A stretch of 62,943 nt of DNA, filler included, from Reclinomonas americana ATCC 50394 (taxonomy: Eukaryota): the NCBI GenBank assembly GCA_048213135.1. It is 15 parts of 15 records of this genome, joined end to end, with 100 filler letters (N's around TTAATTAATTAA, not from the genome) between each part and the next. Parts side by side here need not be neighbours in the genome. Positions count along the whole stretch, not along the records: positions 10,330 to 14,492 come from AFZH01019258.1; positions 14,593 to 17,941 come from AFZH01019259.1; positions 18,042 to 26,041 come from AFZH01019260.1; positions 26,142 to 30,849 come from AFZH01019261.1; 11 more parts are not named here. One strand, 5' to 3'. Numbering within the stretch: the stretch's first letter is position 1; each line of letters starts with the position of its first letter. The translations under genes and the position numbers were made by a program. Shown here in pieces: positions 13,982-26,161 of the stretch. The notes under the pieces are model-generated. The model was not told where the DNA came from. It ran no database searches and saw only the letters and a program-made list of their open reading frames with translations.

Positions 13982-14159
13982 CAGGCAACAGAGGACTCAG
14001 AAAAAAAATCGATGAACTGGTCGATTTTTTTCTCTAAGTCAGAAATCTCATCAAAAACTCGAAATCCTGACCGAAAACGCAAATCCGTCGGTCATGATTT
14101 GGCTCTCGATTTCTGACGTGGATAATCACACGCAATTTCATCATTCATTCGTCACCTCC

Positions 14160-16680
14160 ATGCGCGCAATCATCTCTGCCATCGCCATCCTCGTGGTGTT
14201 GACAGCCACAGCTGCTGTGTGCAGCGCGCAGTCGTTCCCGCCAGATCCATCCACTCTCGGCAAGGTCAGCACAATCAGACACAAAGAAGAGAGAGACTGA
14301 GAGGCGCACACACGTTCATGCTCGGAAGAGAGCGCATCTGTGTGTGTGTGTGTGTGTGTGCGTGCGTGCGTGCTTGCGTGTGTGTGTGTGTTTGAGAGAG
14401 AGACAGAGTGTGTGCGCAGCGCCGGGGGTCAATATATGGTCGTTCTCACACCAAAAAAATCATAGATTATCCGCGGTGGCCAGTGGCACCTGNNNNNNNN
14501 NNNNNNNNNNNNNNNNNNNNNNNNNNNNNNNNNNNNTTAATTAATTAANNNNNNNNNNNNNNNNNNNNNNNNNNNNNNNNNNNNNNNNNNNNCCCCCCCC
14601 CTACCGCAACGCCACAGTGAGTAATCTCCTCAACGTGTTGTGTGTGGGCGCCAGCTGGAGCAATCGCTGCTGGAGGAGTTTTTGGACTGGCAGTGGTCGA
14701 CGTACTTGGCGCCGGCCACGCCTCCTGAGTTCCTTGAAGAGGTGCAGTGTGCCTGCATGTTTGTGTATGAGTCGCGGCCTGCTCACTGGCTTGTTCGTAC
14801 GTGTGTGCCAGCTGCGTGGCATGAAGGATGCGGGTGCGGCCATGAACCATCCGCAGCTGGACCGCATGTCGTCGCGCGTGGTGGTGCTGGCCAATGCGCC
14901 GAGCGACGGCGACGACTGGATCCCCGTGATTCTCGAGTTGCGTCTGCTGCAGCTGCTTTGCGCTACTGTGTGCGATTGCCGCTCACATGTTTCGGCGACA
15001 GTGAGTTTGAGGAGTGGCTGAAGAACCGCACCGACACCTCGGCGGCGGAGATGCTCGGTGGACTCGCCACGTGGAAGGCGCTCGGCAGGTTCCCCATTGA
15101 GGGTCACCACTGCAGCATGATGTCGTGGTGGGGCAAGCTGACCAAGGGCGGACAGCTGGTTTGTCGTCTCGTGGAACTCGGTCAGCGAATTCTCCGATCA
15201 CTAACGCACTGTGGTCTTGTGAAAAACACAGTTCAGCTCGCGCAATCTGGACTGGTCGAAGGTGCGTCCATTCCGTGGTCTCTCTATCTCTATCTTTCGT
15301 GCCATTCGCACTGACGACTGCATTGCAGGACACTGGCATCTCTGCGGTGCGACACGAATCCCCCCTTTGCTCGCACCGGTCGTTTTTTCTTGCTCATGCT
15401 GCTGATTTCTGCTGCGCAGTGGAAGTTGATCACGGTGTACCACCCGCCGGAGGCCGGACGCCATTCGTATGCCACATTCGGGTGCGTTGCCAGCTCCTGC
15501 CGACTTCGCAAAAGTGGTTTCTGACTCTCCCGTCGCGCAGCTGGGCCGGCTTTGTCGGAGCCATTGCCGGCATGAGCTCACAGGGACTCACTGTGCACGA
15601 AGCCAATCTCGGTCAGCACCTGCTCGCTGATTTCTCACTTTCTCTCCAGTCCGTGTTGCTCACCAATGTTCTCCAACAGAGGAGAGCATTGAGACCTTCC
15701 GTGCCATCCCGTGGGTGCTGCGCACGCGTCTGGTGATGGAGCTGGCTGCAAACCTCGACGAGGCACGCGACGTGTTCAGTTGCGCTGGAGCCTGCTGCTG
15801 CTGCTGCTGCTGAACCTCTTTTTCATCGCCAGCGTTGCTCATTCTGTGTCGCGCAGCCAAGCTCACCAACAACACGGTCGGCTTCAATTTCATGGTCACC
15901 TCGGCCTCGGATGCCGCCGCCGGCAAGTCCGCCGCCAACGCCTTCGAGACGCAGGCGTGGTACACGGCTGTGTTTGCCGACAATGACGAGCGCGAGATCA
16001 CGTTTCGTTGTCACGTGTATCATGTCACCGACGACGAGATGATGTTGCTCACGTGCTCTTCCCTTCGCCAGCGCCACCTACGAAGACGTGCATGGTGTCA
16101 CCCGCCCGCTGGGCAAGCCGTTCCCGAACGCCCTCTACCGCACCAACCACGGTGTGCATGTATGCGAATTTAAATGTTGTCAATGATGCCTGCTCACCGC
16201 TGCATGTCTCGCAGGCTACGATCCGATCATTCGCAAGTCGTACCAGTGGCCGATTTCGTGGCACGCCACACAGGACAGCATCTACCGCTACTTCCTCATT
16301 GCCAATTCGACGGAGGCGTACGTGGAGTCCAAGGGCGCCAAGGTCATTGGCCCCGACGAGGCCGTGACCATCACATCGCTGGCCGCCCCAAAGGGCGACA
16401 ACTTCTTTGTGTGCGACAACACCAATGGCGGCTTTACCGTGCTGAGCGTGGTCTACAGCCCGAGCGACTTGCACGTGTACGCGGCCTGGGAGAATGGCAC
16501 TGGCAGCGGCTGGCGCACTGCCGGGTTCGTCTCCGATCTGCGAGTTGCTTTCGTCTCCCTCTCCGTCCTCACTTACCTTGTCCACGCAGATGCACTGGCT
16601 ACGTGGCAATTGACCTGTCGTACTTCTTTGGTGACATGAGCGACTCGGCATCGCGGCTGCGCGGCAACAACGTCGAGTGA
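14160..16680 (+). CDS. Secreted Ntn hydrolase, peptidase C45/NAAA/acid-ceramidase-like (Dictyostelium dcd1-like)
   Basis: Signal peptide MRAIISAIAILVVLTATAAVCSA. Nucleophile motif HCSMMSWWG, then FSSRNLDW, WAGFVGAIAGMSSQGLTVHE and NTVGFNFMV. Spans the gap at 14493. Confidence 0.8.
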
Positions 16681-16737
16681 GGAGAAAAAAGTCCTGCAAT
16701 GAAGTGACAGGATTGGCTTGATTTCCGTCGTTGATTC

Positions 16738-17880
16738 ATGGCGTCATCATCGGCACCGCGACACTCCTCAGGCTCCGCAGGGGCCTTTATCGATGAGGGT
16801 GCCACGTTTGAGTCGCTGGGCCTCGATCGTCGTCTCCTGCTGGCCGTGCTCAATCTGGCCTACACAGTTGAGTATGACGCACACAGCGAGTGAGTGAGTG
16901 AGCAGGAAAGGGACTGCAGCTTGTGTATGGGTATGAGTAGAGCAGTGTGCGCATGTGGCGGAGAGGACACGACGCCGTCTGCAACACGAGGGCGCTCGTT
17001 TCGCTCGTGCACATTCACATCATCGCTCACTGACACGCACACACACTTGCCCAGAAACCCACTCTTGTGCAATCGTCGTGCATCCCGCTGGCTCTGCAAG
17101 GCAAGGTGAGAGGAATGTCAAGACAGTGAGTGGGCAAGAGAATAGCTGCTCACTCGTTCGTCATCATCTATTAGGATATTCTGGCCCGTGCACGCACGGG
17201 ATCGGGCAAGACTGCGGCCTACTGTCTCCCGTTGCTGCACAAGATCCTCACGGCCAAGAAGAGCGCAGCATATGAGCCGCGAATTGCGGCACTGGTGCTG
17301 GTGCCGACCAAGGAACTGGTCGAACAGGTCACAGACAACGTTGCCGAGCTGAAGCGCTACTGCGGCTCGTCGATCTCGGTGATTGGGGTGACCTCGGACG
17401 CGTCGCTGGCGCAGCAGAAGCCGCGATTGGCCGAGTTGCCGGATGTGCTGGTGGGAACACCGGGTCGCGTGCTGCAACATCTCGAAGAAGGGGTGCGGAA
17501 AATCATTCGTTGGAGCCAGAGGCTGTCTGTCGCTCACCATTCTCTCTCTCCTTCTCGTGCTCAGAACATTACGCTGTCGGAGTCACTGGAGACGCTGGTG
17601 CTGGACGAGGCCGACTTGCTGCTGTCGATGGGTCACAATGCAGATGTGCGAGCAATCACTGAGCGGATACCGCGGACGTGCCAGACGCTGCTCATGTCTG
17701 CGACCATGAACGAGGACGTGGAGGAGCTGCGACGCCTCGTGCTGCACAATCCGGTGACGGTGAAGTTGGAGGATGCTGACGATGACACGGCCGGCTCACT
17801 CTACCAATATGTATTACCGTGAGTCAAGTCGTCGTCATTCATCGTCTGCTGGTTGTCGACCCGGTAGGTGGGCTCACACA

Positions 17881-17914
<34 letters not shown>

Positions 17915-19231
17915 GTCGACGACGACGAACTACTCTACTCTNNNNNNNNNNNNNNNNNNNNNNNNNNNNNNNNNNNNNNNNNNNNTTAATTAATTAANNN
18001 NNNNNNNNNNNNNNNNNNNNNNNNNNNNNNNNNNNNNNNNNTTTATCAACGATCTCGATCGGTGTTATCGTGTCAAGCTGTTCCTGCAGCGGTTCGGCTT
18101 GCACGCAGCTGTGTTGAATTCGGAGCTGCCGGCCAACTCTCGGTGAGTGGGGGGTTGTACTTACCGTGTTCACCGCCACCCACTCAAGGTCTCACGCTCC
18201 ACTCCCCGCAGCATGCACATTGTGCAGCAGTTCAACAAGGGTCTCTTCCCGTACCTGCTGGCCACCGACGAGTTCTGCTTCGAGGATGCATCGACACGGA
18301 AAACGGGCGCCTCCAAGAAGAAGAAGTCGAAGAAGGCGCAGGAGGCTGACACCGAGTACGGCGTCTCACGCGGTGTCGACTTTAAGGACATCCAGACGGT
18401 GCTGAACTTTGACATTCCACCGACCCCGAAAGCCTACACCCACCGAATCGGGCGAACGGCGCGTGCGGGAGCGAGTGGAACGGCATTGACACTGGTCGAC
18501 ATGAGGCGAGAGGAGAAGCTGTTTGCGGAAATTGTGCACACGCAGACTGGTGAGTCGCGGCGAGGCGTCGGTGGTGGTTCGTGGAGTGCGCTGACCGACT
18601 CGGGGTGTGCAGAGCGTGGTCACGAGGTGCAAATGTTTGAGGTCAATGTCGACGACGTGGAAGCGTTCCGGTATCGCGCCAGGACCGTGCTCAGCGGCAT
18701 CACGAAGAATGCGACGACGAACGCGCGTGCACAGGAGCTGAAGATTGAGATTTTGAACTCGCAAAAGCTGCAAGATCACTTCCGCGAGAACCCCGAAGAT
18801 ATGGAGGCGCTGAAGCACGACTCGCAGCTGCAGGCGCATTTGGTGACGGTGCGCTTCTCTGTCGTTGTCGTCTATTTCTTGTTTTCGCACTCGGTATCTG
18901 ACTCTACCTTGCGCGTCTGCAGCCCGACTTGAAACACGTGCCGACATATCTGCAACCGAAATCGCTAAAGCCGTCACCCCTGGAGAGTGCAATTGCCGAT
19001 TCCTTCATGGGCAAGAAGAAGTTCCAGTACAAGCGACAACGTGAGGAGAACGGCAAGTTTACCAAGAACAAGGTTGGTGCTGTGCGCTTCCTGCCCACTG
19101 TCTCTTCGTTATGCCGACTGACATGGTCTGCTCTCTGGCGCGCGCGCACACGCACACAGAGACGAAAGATCGCACCAAAGGATCCGCTGCAGACACCGGC
19201 AGAGAGGAGAGCGACTGCTCGCAAACGCTGA
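16738..19231 (+). CDS. DBP9: DEAD-box RNA helicase DBP9/DDX56
   Basis: Q-motif FESLGLD...[84 protein letters not shown] and a C-terminal DPL. These match the DBP9 subfamily. Spans a gap. Confidence 0.93.
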
Positions 19232-19290
19232 GGTCGAATGAACACATGATACAGGCGTCCCGTCGTGTCTTCTCGCTCCGCATTTTTGTT

Positions 19291-22200
19291 TCAGTCGCCA
19301 TCTCCGTCGTCCTCCACCGTGTGGATGCTCCAGGTGTCGGGTGGCGGCGCCGGTCCTGCACGTCGGTGCGGGTTGAAGGCCACCACCACACGAGGTGCGG
19401 CGATTTGAAAATCAGGCTGCTCGTCGCGCCGCAGCAAGCGCATGTTGGCCACGGCGGCGTCACGCACCGCTTTGGGATCGACCTCGCGCTGTGTACATAC
19501 GCATCGTGAGTCTACACCGCACGGGTGTGGGAACAAAAATGAGTGGATGGCATGCCTTTTCTCGCGGAATCGGTGCACGAATGACGGCGCCGGCCGTTCG
19601 CTTGCGTGTGTGTGCCTCGGCTGTGGTGAGCGTGTCGTAATCCAGCGCCGCTGTCTGGCGACTCGGCTGATACGAGGTGCTCCTTGTGTCGCGCGACACA
19701 CGAGGCAACGAGAAGCCGCCGCCCGACTCGGGTTTCAGGAACTGCAGAGCGGACTCGACGTTGTACTCGGGGGTGAATCGCGGCACTGGCAGATCGTGAT
19801 CGCCAGGTCGTCGTCGCTGACAGACAACAATGCAGGTGAGCCAAACAGGGAAGAATTGAACGGGAGAGAAGCAGCTTGCGCACCCCCTGATACTTGCTGA
19901 AATCGACATCCGGAACGCGCGGTCTCAACATGGCCGAGCTTGCGTTGAACTCGTCGTGCGCCATGCCAATCGGGCGAACCTTGTCATCCTCCGTGATGCG
20001 CCGGTTCGGTGTCAGGTCGCGTCCGTTGTACATGAGTGGCGCTGTGTTGAGGAAGTGAGCGCAGACAAGCAGCAGCGACTGACCGTCTCGCGATGCACAC
20101 ACCTTTGCTAAAGTCTGTGGCACGCGGCTGTGGCAGTGTTGCCGCCAGAGCTGCCTCGACATCCAACTCAACGGCGTCGTTCACCGGCGCCGGCGGGATC
20201 TTGGAGCGGCGGAGATCGGGGATATCACTGCGAGGCAGGTAGCCGCCTGTCGACAGCCAGCGAGAGGTGTGAGCGTGATTGGCGAAAAAGACGAGGACGC
20301 TGGCGCGCTCGCACCAATAACACGCGGATACAAGACTTCACGAGGAATGTCGTAAATGGCGCTGTTGAGTCGATCGGGGAGCGGTCGTTCCTCTCGGCGT
20401 CGTCGGGCCACCGGCTCTGGGCTGACGATGCGGTGGCCTGGAATCGTGCGCTCCACCAGCGAGTATTCCACATCGTAGCGTCTGTGCACAACGACGTCAG
20501 CAACGAACAGCCACAGTTGCGCAGATAGCGATGCAGACAAACCCTGGATCGAGGCCAGGTGGCGGAGGCGGGGCTGGTCGTGGTGGAAGCTCCAGTGAGT
20601 CATGCAAATGATCGGGGCGCATCACCACGAGACACTTGGCGCTCATGGTCGGGCGCAGATCGGATAGTGTGGGGCCAGTTGCCGCATACAACGCCGCCTC
20701 CAGGTCCTCATTTTGCAGCCGCCGGAATCGTGCGACCTCGCCCTCTGTCATGATCAATGGACGATGATGAGAGTGAACACTTGGAGCACCAACAGACAGC
20801 AACGTCGACAAACCAACAGTCGGCGGATGCAACACTGGCGCAAAGTCGTGCTTCGGACGCACCGGATCCAACGAAGGATTGTAGGTGCCCGGATCGAGTA
20901 CCTTTGGCTGACGGCCACGTCGACGTCTGGGCTCCGTGACCGTGGCTGAAGTTATTGGGGGTGAGTATAAAGGAGGGATGCTCCTCGCGAAAGAGTGTCC
21001 TCTCGCAACTGTCAAACACTGGTCCAGGCACATGCGGAAGCAGGGCCACGGACGGATCGTGCCACTGCGTGTCGGGAGAACGCCATAGTCTTTGCGCCTC
21101 TTCCAGACCTGTAGCAGGCGATCAGTGCCTGGAGCAGATGGAATAATCAGTCAGCTCACACGTACCGGTCACCACTGAGTCGTCCACTGTGAAGCGGCGA
21201 CCTGTGGTGCGATCGAACATGATGGCGGCCACGTGCGCACGAACAGCATCGTACTGCGGGTCGTAGAGACCAGGTCCAAGGCGATCGGGCGGCGCACTAT
21301 CGTCGACGACAGAGAAACGCTCCCCAGTGCCGAATGGCACGCCGCCACGAATGGTGCGCTGGTCGACAAACGTGTATGTTCCAGGGCCCTGCGACGACAG
21401 ATTGAAGAGTGTGAGCAGCAGCAGCCACAGCAGGCGAATGTTGACGCGCTGCGCGCAACTGGCACACGTGGTGGCGCCGACCAGGAGCGAAGCTGTGATG
21501 GAGAATGTGTGAGTGCGGTGCTGCATCGCAATGTGGCTCGGGGGAAGCACAAGTACCGGTGAGGGTGGCGGTGCAATGGTCGCCAGACGAGGCCGTGATT
21601 CGATAGCTCCATATGCACGATCGACATCCAGCAGCTGTGGCACACCGGCGGTGTGAGCGGATGGCAACGAGAATGCAGTGTTGCACGGCACGCTGCTCAC
21701 CAGTGGTTCCGGTTCTGCATCGTGCACTGGCCGACGAGGTGCGGCAATGACGGTGGGCGGTGCCATGATAGTAGTCGGGGCTCGCGGACGAACGGCATCG
21801 ACATTCGGGTGCAGTTCAAGCGAGCGGCGCCGCACATGTTCACGACGCCGGCGAGTTGTCGGTGTGCGCCCTGCATACCGACGAAAATCGACAACACCAG
21901 AGGGCGGTGGTCGCATAGGTGATGGAGACCGTGAAGATGGTGGCGGCGATGGTGGTGGCGGAGTGGATGCGCGCTGGGGACGGGCAAGTGAGTGAATCAC
22001 GAATGCATTCCACTTACTGCGCCACTGCGTTGCTCACCGATGCACTGGCTGGTCGCTGATACGCAAAGCGTACAGGTGCGCTCGCAAAGTCCACAGCCGC
22101 ACTGTGCTTTTGCACCACATCCCATCGTGGAGCGTACTGGCCAGGCCCGGGTGTTCCGTGGCGTGACGTCGAGGATGAAGACGAGGGAGAAGACGCTGAC

Positions 22201-23098
22201 GATGACGATGCCGACCTGCCACCCTCTCTGTGCTGGCGACGATGTCGACGGTGCGATCGATGCCGTCGTGGAGACGGCGACGAGGGAAACCTGAGTGAGT
22301 GTGAGTGTGCGAAGAACAAAAGATCGGATGGCAGTTTGCCATGTGTGTTGTTGACTGACCTCTCGGCACCTCGACCAAGATCGGGCACACCCACGGGCGC
22401 CGGTGGTGGCGGGCAGTAAAAGTCACGCGCATCGACGTGGCCGTCGTCGCCTCGACGCCGGCGTACCTCCTTCTTCACTGGCTGCATGACCACGGCAGAC
22501 GGATGCCGCGGCTTGACGGCATCCATGTTGGGCACATTCTCCTTTTCCGCACCCTTCGTGGCCCGCCCACGCGATAGCCGAGCTGGTAAACGAGGCAAGT
22601 GAGCGATCAACTGGCGCAGACAGCGACTGGGACAAAAGAACACCAACCACGCTTGGTCTTGCCGGTCTTGTCCACGATCGCAGCACCGACGACCGTCGAC
22701 GGCGCCTGTCGATGCTGCGTGACCTTGACAGGGTGCACCAGTGGTGCATCAAAGCGCGTAAACTCCACGCGCCCCTCCTCATCGCCACGCACGTGGCGAG
22801 CACGACGCGCCGAGTTGATCGCCGCCGCTTCCCGCCGACGACACCTGCAGCATTCTCCATCAATGACGATCGCTGACGATCGCACACGCTCACACACTCA
22901 CCGTTCCAGGCGACGCTCAGCGTCCTGCACAGCCGCGGCGAGGATCGAAGGGCCGCTGGGCGAGGTGGCGGTGGACGACGATCGCTCGCGATCGCCTCCA
23001 CCCTCGCTACCGTCGCCCCCCGTGTGCGCGTCGAGTTTGTCAATGGCGGCTTCGGCACGCGCAATCAGTGCCGCCAGTTCCAGCAGCCGCGACGACAT
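19291..23098 (-). CDS. SHIPPO/sperm-tail PG-rich repeat (ODF3/STPG-like) flagellar protein
   Basis: Repeated PGPGxY-type units across many exons: TPGPGQYAPRWDVVQKH, GPGTYTF, LGPGLYDPQYDAVR, LDPGTYNPSLDPVRPK, FTPEYNVE. The exact exon structure was not fully resolved. Confidence 0.7.
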
Positions 23099-23192
23099 GC
23101 GGAGAGCGCCCGCGCGCACGTGGAGTACGTAGAGAATGAAAGCGCGCAGGACTGCTGAGAGGACATCCGCACTCCTTTTTTTTATTCTCGTC

Positions 23193-24259
23193 ATGGCCGC
23201 AGTCACGTTGCGTTCGGGCCTGTCTCTCTCACACTATGTGTCCGTCTATGCTCATGCCACGTGCTCTTCGCAGCATTGAGTACACGGTGCTCAAGCCGGA
23301 GGATGTGGATGCGGCGGCTGAGTTGTCGGGTCGGTGCTTTGGCGAGAGCGAGCCTGTGACCACTGCGTGCGGTGAGACTGCGTGGCGACAAGTGAGCAGC
23401 ATGCTCACGTTCTCATGAGGACTGTGAGCAGATGTTTCCGGCGACTACATGATTGGCTACTGGCGACCTTTTGTGGAGATTTGCTGTGCGAATGATCTGT
23501 CGGTGGGTGCGTGGGCGGTGGATGCCAGCACTGGAGAGCGTACACTGGCCGGCTGCGCGCTCAACATGCCGTACAATACCCCGGACCCGCAGGGTGAGAT
23601 GCGCGTGGAAGCAAGAGAAAAGTTTCACGCTTTTTTCATTACAAATGCATGCATGCACGTGCGCAGCGTTCATCGATTACTACGAGGCCGACCCGCAGCC
23701 AGCGGGTTCGTCTCCGTGTCCTGTGTGCTTTGTTTTTTGCTTCGTCACGCCTGCATCTCGCTCATTCGTTGCATGCGGTCAGCCATTCACGCGTGCCTCG
23801 ACTTGCTGGATGAGAACTACCACAAAGTGCTCGACATTGATCCGGCCGAGGTGCTGCTGCTGCTGGTGTATGCCGTCGACAGCCGCTTCCGTGGACGAGT
23901 TGCGTACGGGTTGCCGTTTGTTGCTTCGGTCGCCTGTGCTAACGAGAACCGTCGCCAGGGCATCGCCAACGAGCTGACGACGCGGACGTTCCAGATTGGG
24001 CGTGAGCGTGGATTCAAGCGCGCCGTGTCGCACACCTCATCTGGTGCGTGTGGCCGTCACCAAGCGATCTCGTGTGCGTGCGCTCTCATGTGTATCTGTC
24101 GTGCACGCAGCGTACTCTCGCGCGGCCATTATGCGCGCCGGTGCCCGGGAGGTAACTGCTGTGGATTATGCTACATTCGAGTTCCAGGGTACCAAGCCAT
24201 TCGCTGGACTGCCGGCTCGCGGGCACACCCACTTCTGCGTGGTTGAAGCAGCTCTCTAA
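23193..24259 (+). CDS. GNAT-family N-acetyltransferase (arylalkylamine NAT-like)
   Basis: Spliced: IEYTVLKPEDVDAAAELSGRCFGESEP...LLVYAVDSRFRGR|GIANEL (motif A)...GFKRAVSHTSSAYSRAAIMRAG. All introns are GT-AG and in frame. Confidence 0.8.
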
Positions 24260-24530
24260 TCCGGTGTCACACACATCCTCTCCTGCAATGCAGTATCGTT
24301 TCCCCTTTTGCTCCTCCCTGTACACACTCGCACTCTGGCAGTCGGCTTACTTGCCTGTGGAGGGATATGAGATGAGAGTGTGCCCACATGCCACGCACGA
24401 AGAGTGTCCACGTACCGATGCTCTTGCGATTGCGCGCTCCATCAACAACACCCGGGCCCTTATGCGAGCCGCCCGATGACGACTGGCTGCTGTCTGCGCC
24501 GCCGTGGATAAACTCTGCAAAGCAATTCCC

Positions 24531-25842
24531 TCAGCATATGATCAATGTGAGTGCAGGCTTGCGTGCACGCAGTGGCGTACCGGCAAGGAATGTGGCCAGG
24601 AAAACACGCTCCAGCAGTTGGCGATACTCATCAATCTGCAGCACACCGTCGCCATTCGAGTCAACCTCTGCGTGCAACAATGAGTGCAAGAGGAAGAAAC
24701 GCATTTTCGCCGACAACGTACTCACTCTGCATGGCCCTCGCGACAACCTGCGCGACAGTGAGGTTATGAGAGCAATGGTACTCACGGTCTTGTGAGAAGC
24801 ATCGCACTCACCTCACGGGTGGGCGCTCGCAGCGAGATGGACGGGTTCTTGGCGCAAAAATCGGTAAAGCAAATCTGCAAGAACGTCTCCACCTCGTCGA
24901 CGTTCAACGAGCCGTCATGATTCTGCAGAGGCACGGCATGTCAGCGTCGTAAAGTGTCACATGTGGTGACGGCAGTGCACGCACCGCATCCACTCGGCGG
25001 AAAATCTGCACGAGTTGCTGCTGGAAATCGGGACTGTGCATGCGGTGGTGAGCGAGCGATCTGACAAAATGAAACGAACGCACGCCCCGCACCTCTCGAT
25101 GCGCGCCATGACATGGTGGACGCTCGACATGGCCAGCCTGCACACAGCAATCAAGTGAGCGACGCAATCGTGACAGACAACAGCAGATGACGCAATCGCA
25201 ATCGCGGCGCACTTGACAAGAGACAAGTCGCCGTGCTGCTGCTGCACGGCCTTGGTCAGCAGACGCTCGGCCTCCGCGATCGGATCGTCAGCCTTACAGC
25301 ACACACAGTCAGCGCACATGTCCACCACCAACAACAACCACCGAGAGCCAGTGCGCACCAGCAGCACCGAGTTGATAATCGTTCCCATGTCCAGTGATCC
25401 CTGTCGCTGATGACTCGGCGCACCTCCTGCGCATCTCTTCCGTGAGACATGCGATATGCCATTCTCTTATCCACTATACACACACACCAGTGCTACGCGT
25501 CGCCACTTGCGTTGCCTCCGAGCCACGTTTCGTCTCCAACTGCAACATGTGAGTGAGAAGAGTGCAAATTGGATGCTCTCTCTTCACACAAGAACAGCAG
25601 CACGCAACAGCTGCTGCCGGCGCAGGCTTGCCAGAGGACGACACCACAGAGACCACATATAACACCACCATGACACCCGCTGCAGAGAGAGATGAGAGAA
25701 AGAGAGGAAGGCGCGTGACACACACACAAAGGCAGCACAAACCAAACAGCGCCAGTGCAGTGAATGGGGCGAGCACGCCCGAGTAGCCCAGTGACGCACA
25801 CGCGCCAATCGCACTCCCCAGCAGTGTAAGCTTGCACAACAT
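24531..25842 (-). CDS. Membrane-anchored EF-hand protein
   Basis: Hydrophobic N-terminal exons and two EF loops, DA|NHDGSLNVDE and DSNGDGVLQIDE. Confidence 0.6.
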
Positions 25843-25968
25843 CTCAAAGGAGGGGGGCACGCGGTCAGAAAACAGTTCGCAAGCGACAACGGCACCCCAG
25901 CGCAACAATAAGCAGGGGTACGGTACCCCAAGAAAAAGGAATTTCAGGCAACCATCATGAACACCAAG

Positions 25969-26010
<42 letters not shown>

Positions 26011-26161
26011 TAGAAGAGAGAGAGAGGAGAGGAGAGGAGAGNNNNNNNNNNNNNNNNNNNNNNNNNNNNNNNNNNNNNNNNNNNNTTAATTAATTAANNN
26101 NNNNNNNNNNNNNNNNNNNNNNNNNNNNNNNNNNNNNNNNNAGTGGCACACAGAATGCGCG

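Larger units (their letters stand above)
10351..14120 (-). mobile_element. Putative decayed CACTA/EnSpm(CMC)-like DNA transposon
   Basis: Perfect 16-bp inverted match TTTTCGGTCAGGATTT at 10432-10447 versus 14062-14077. Degenerate CAC-starting termini (CACAGACCGATATCGA versus CACGTCAGAAATCGA), subterminal palindromes at 13999-14117 and an internal transposase-like ORF. No target-site duplication is seen. Confidence 0.5.

Noticed and set aside
26142..26161. Search for an omega-RNA or transposon end downstream of the Fanzor-like stop
   Set aside because: Only about 20 bp remain before the gap, so nothing can be called.
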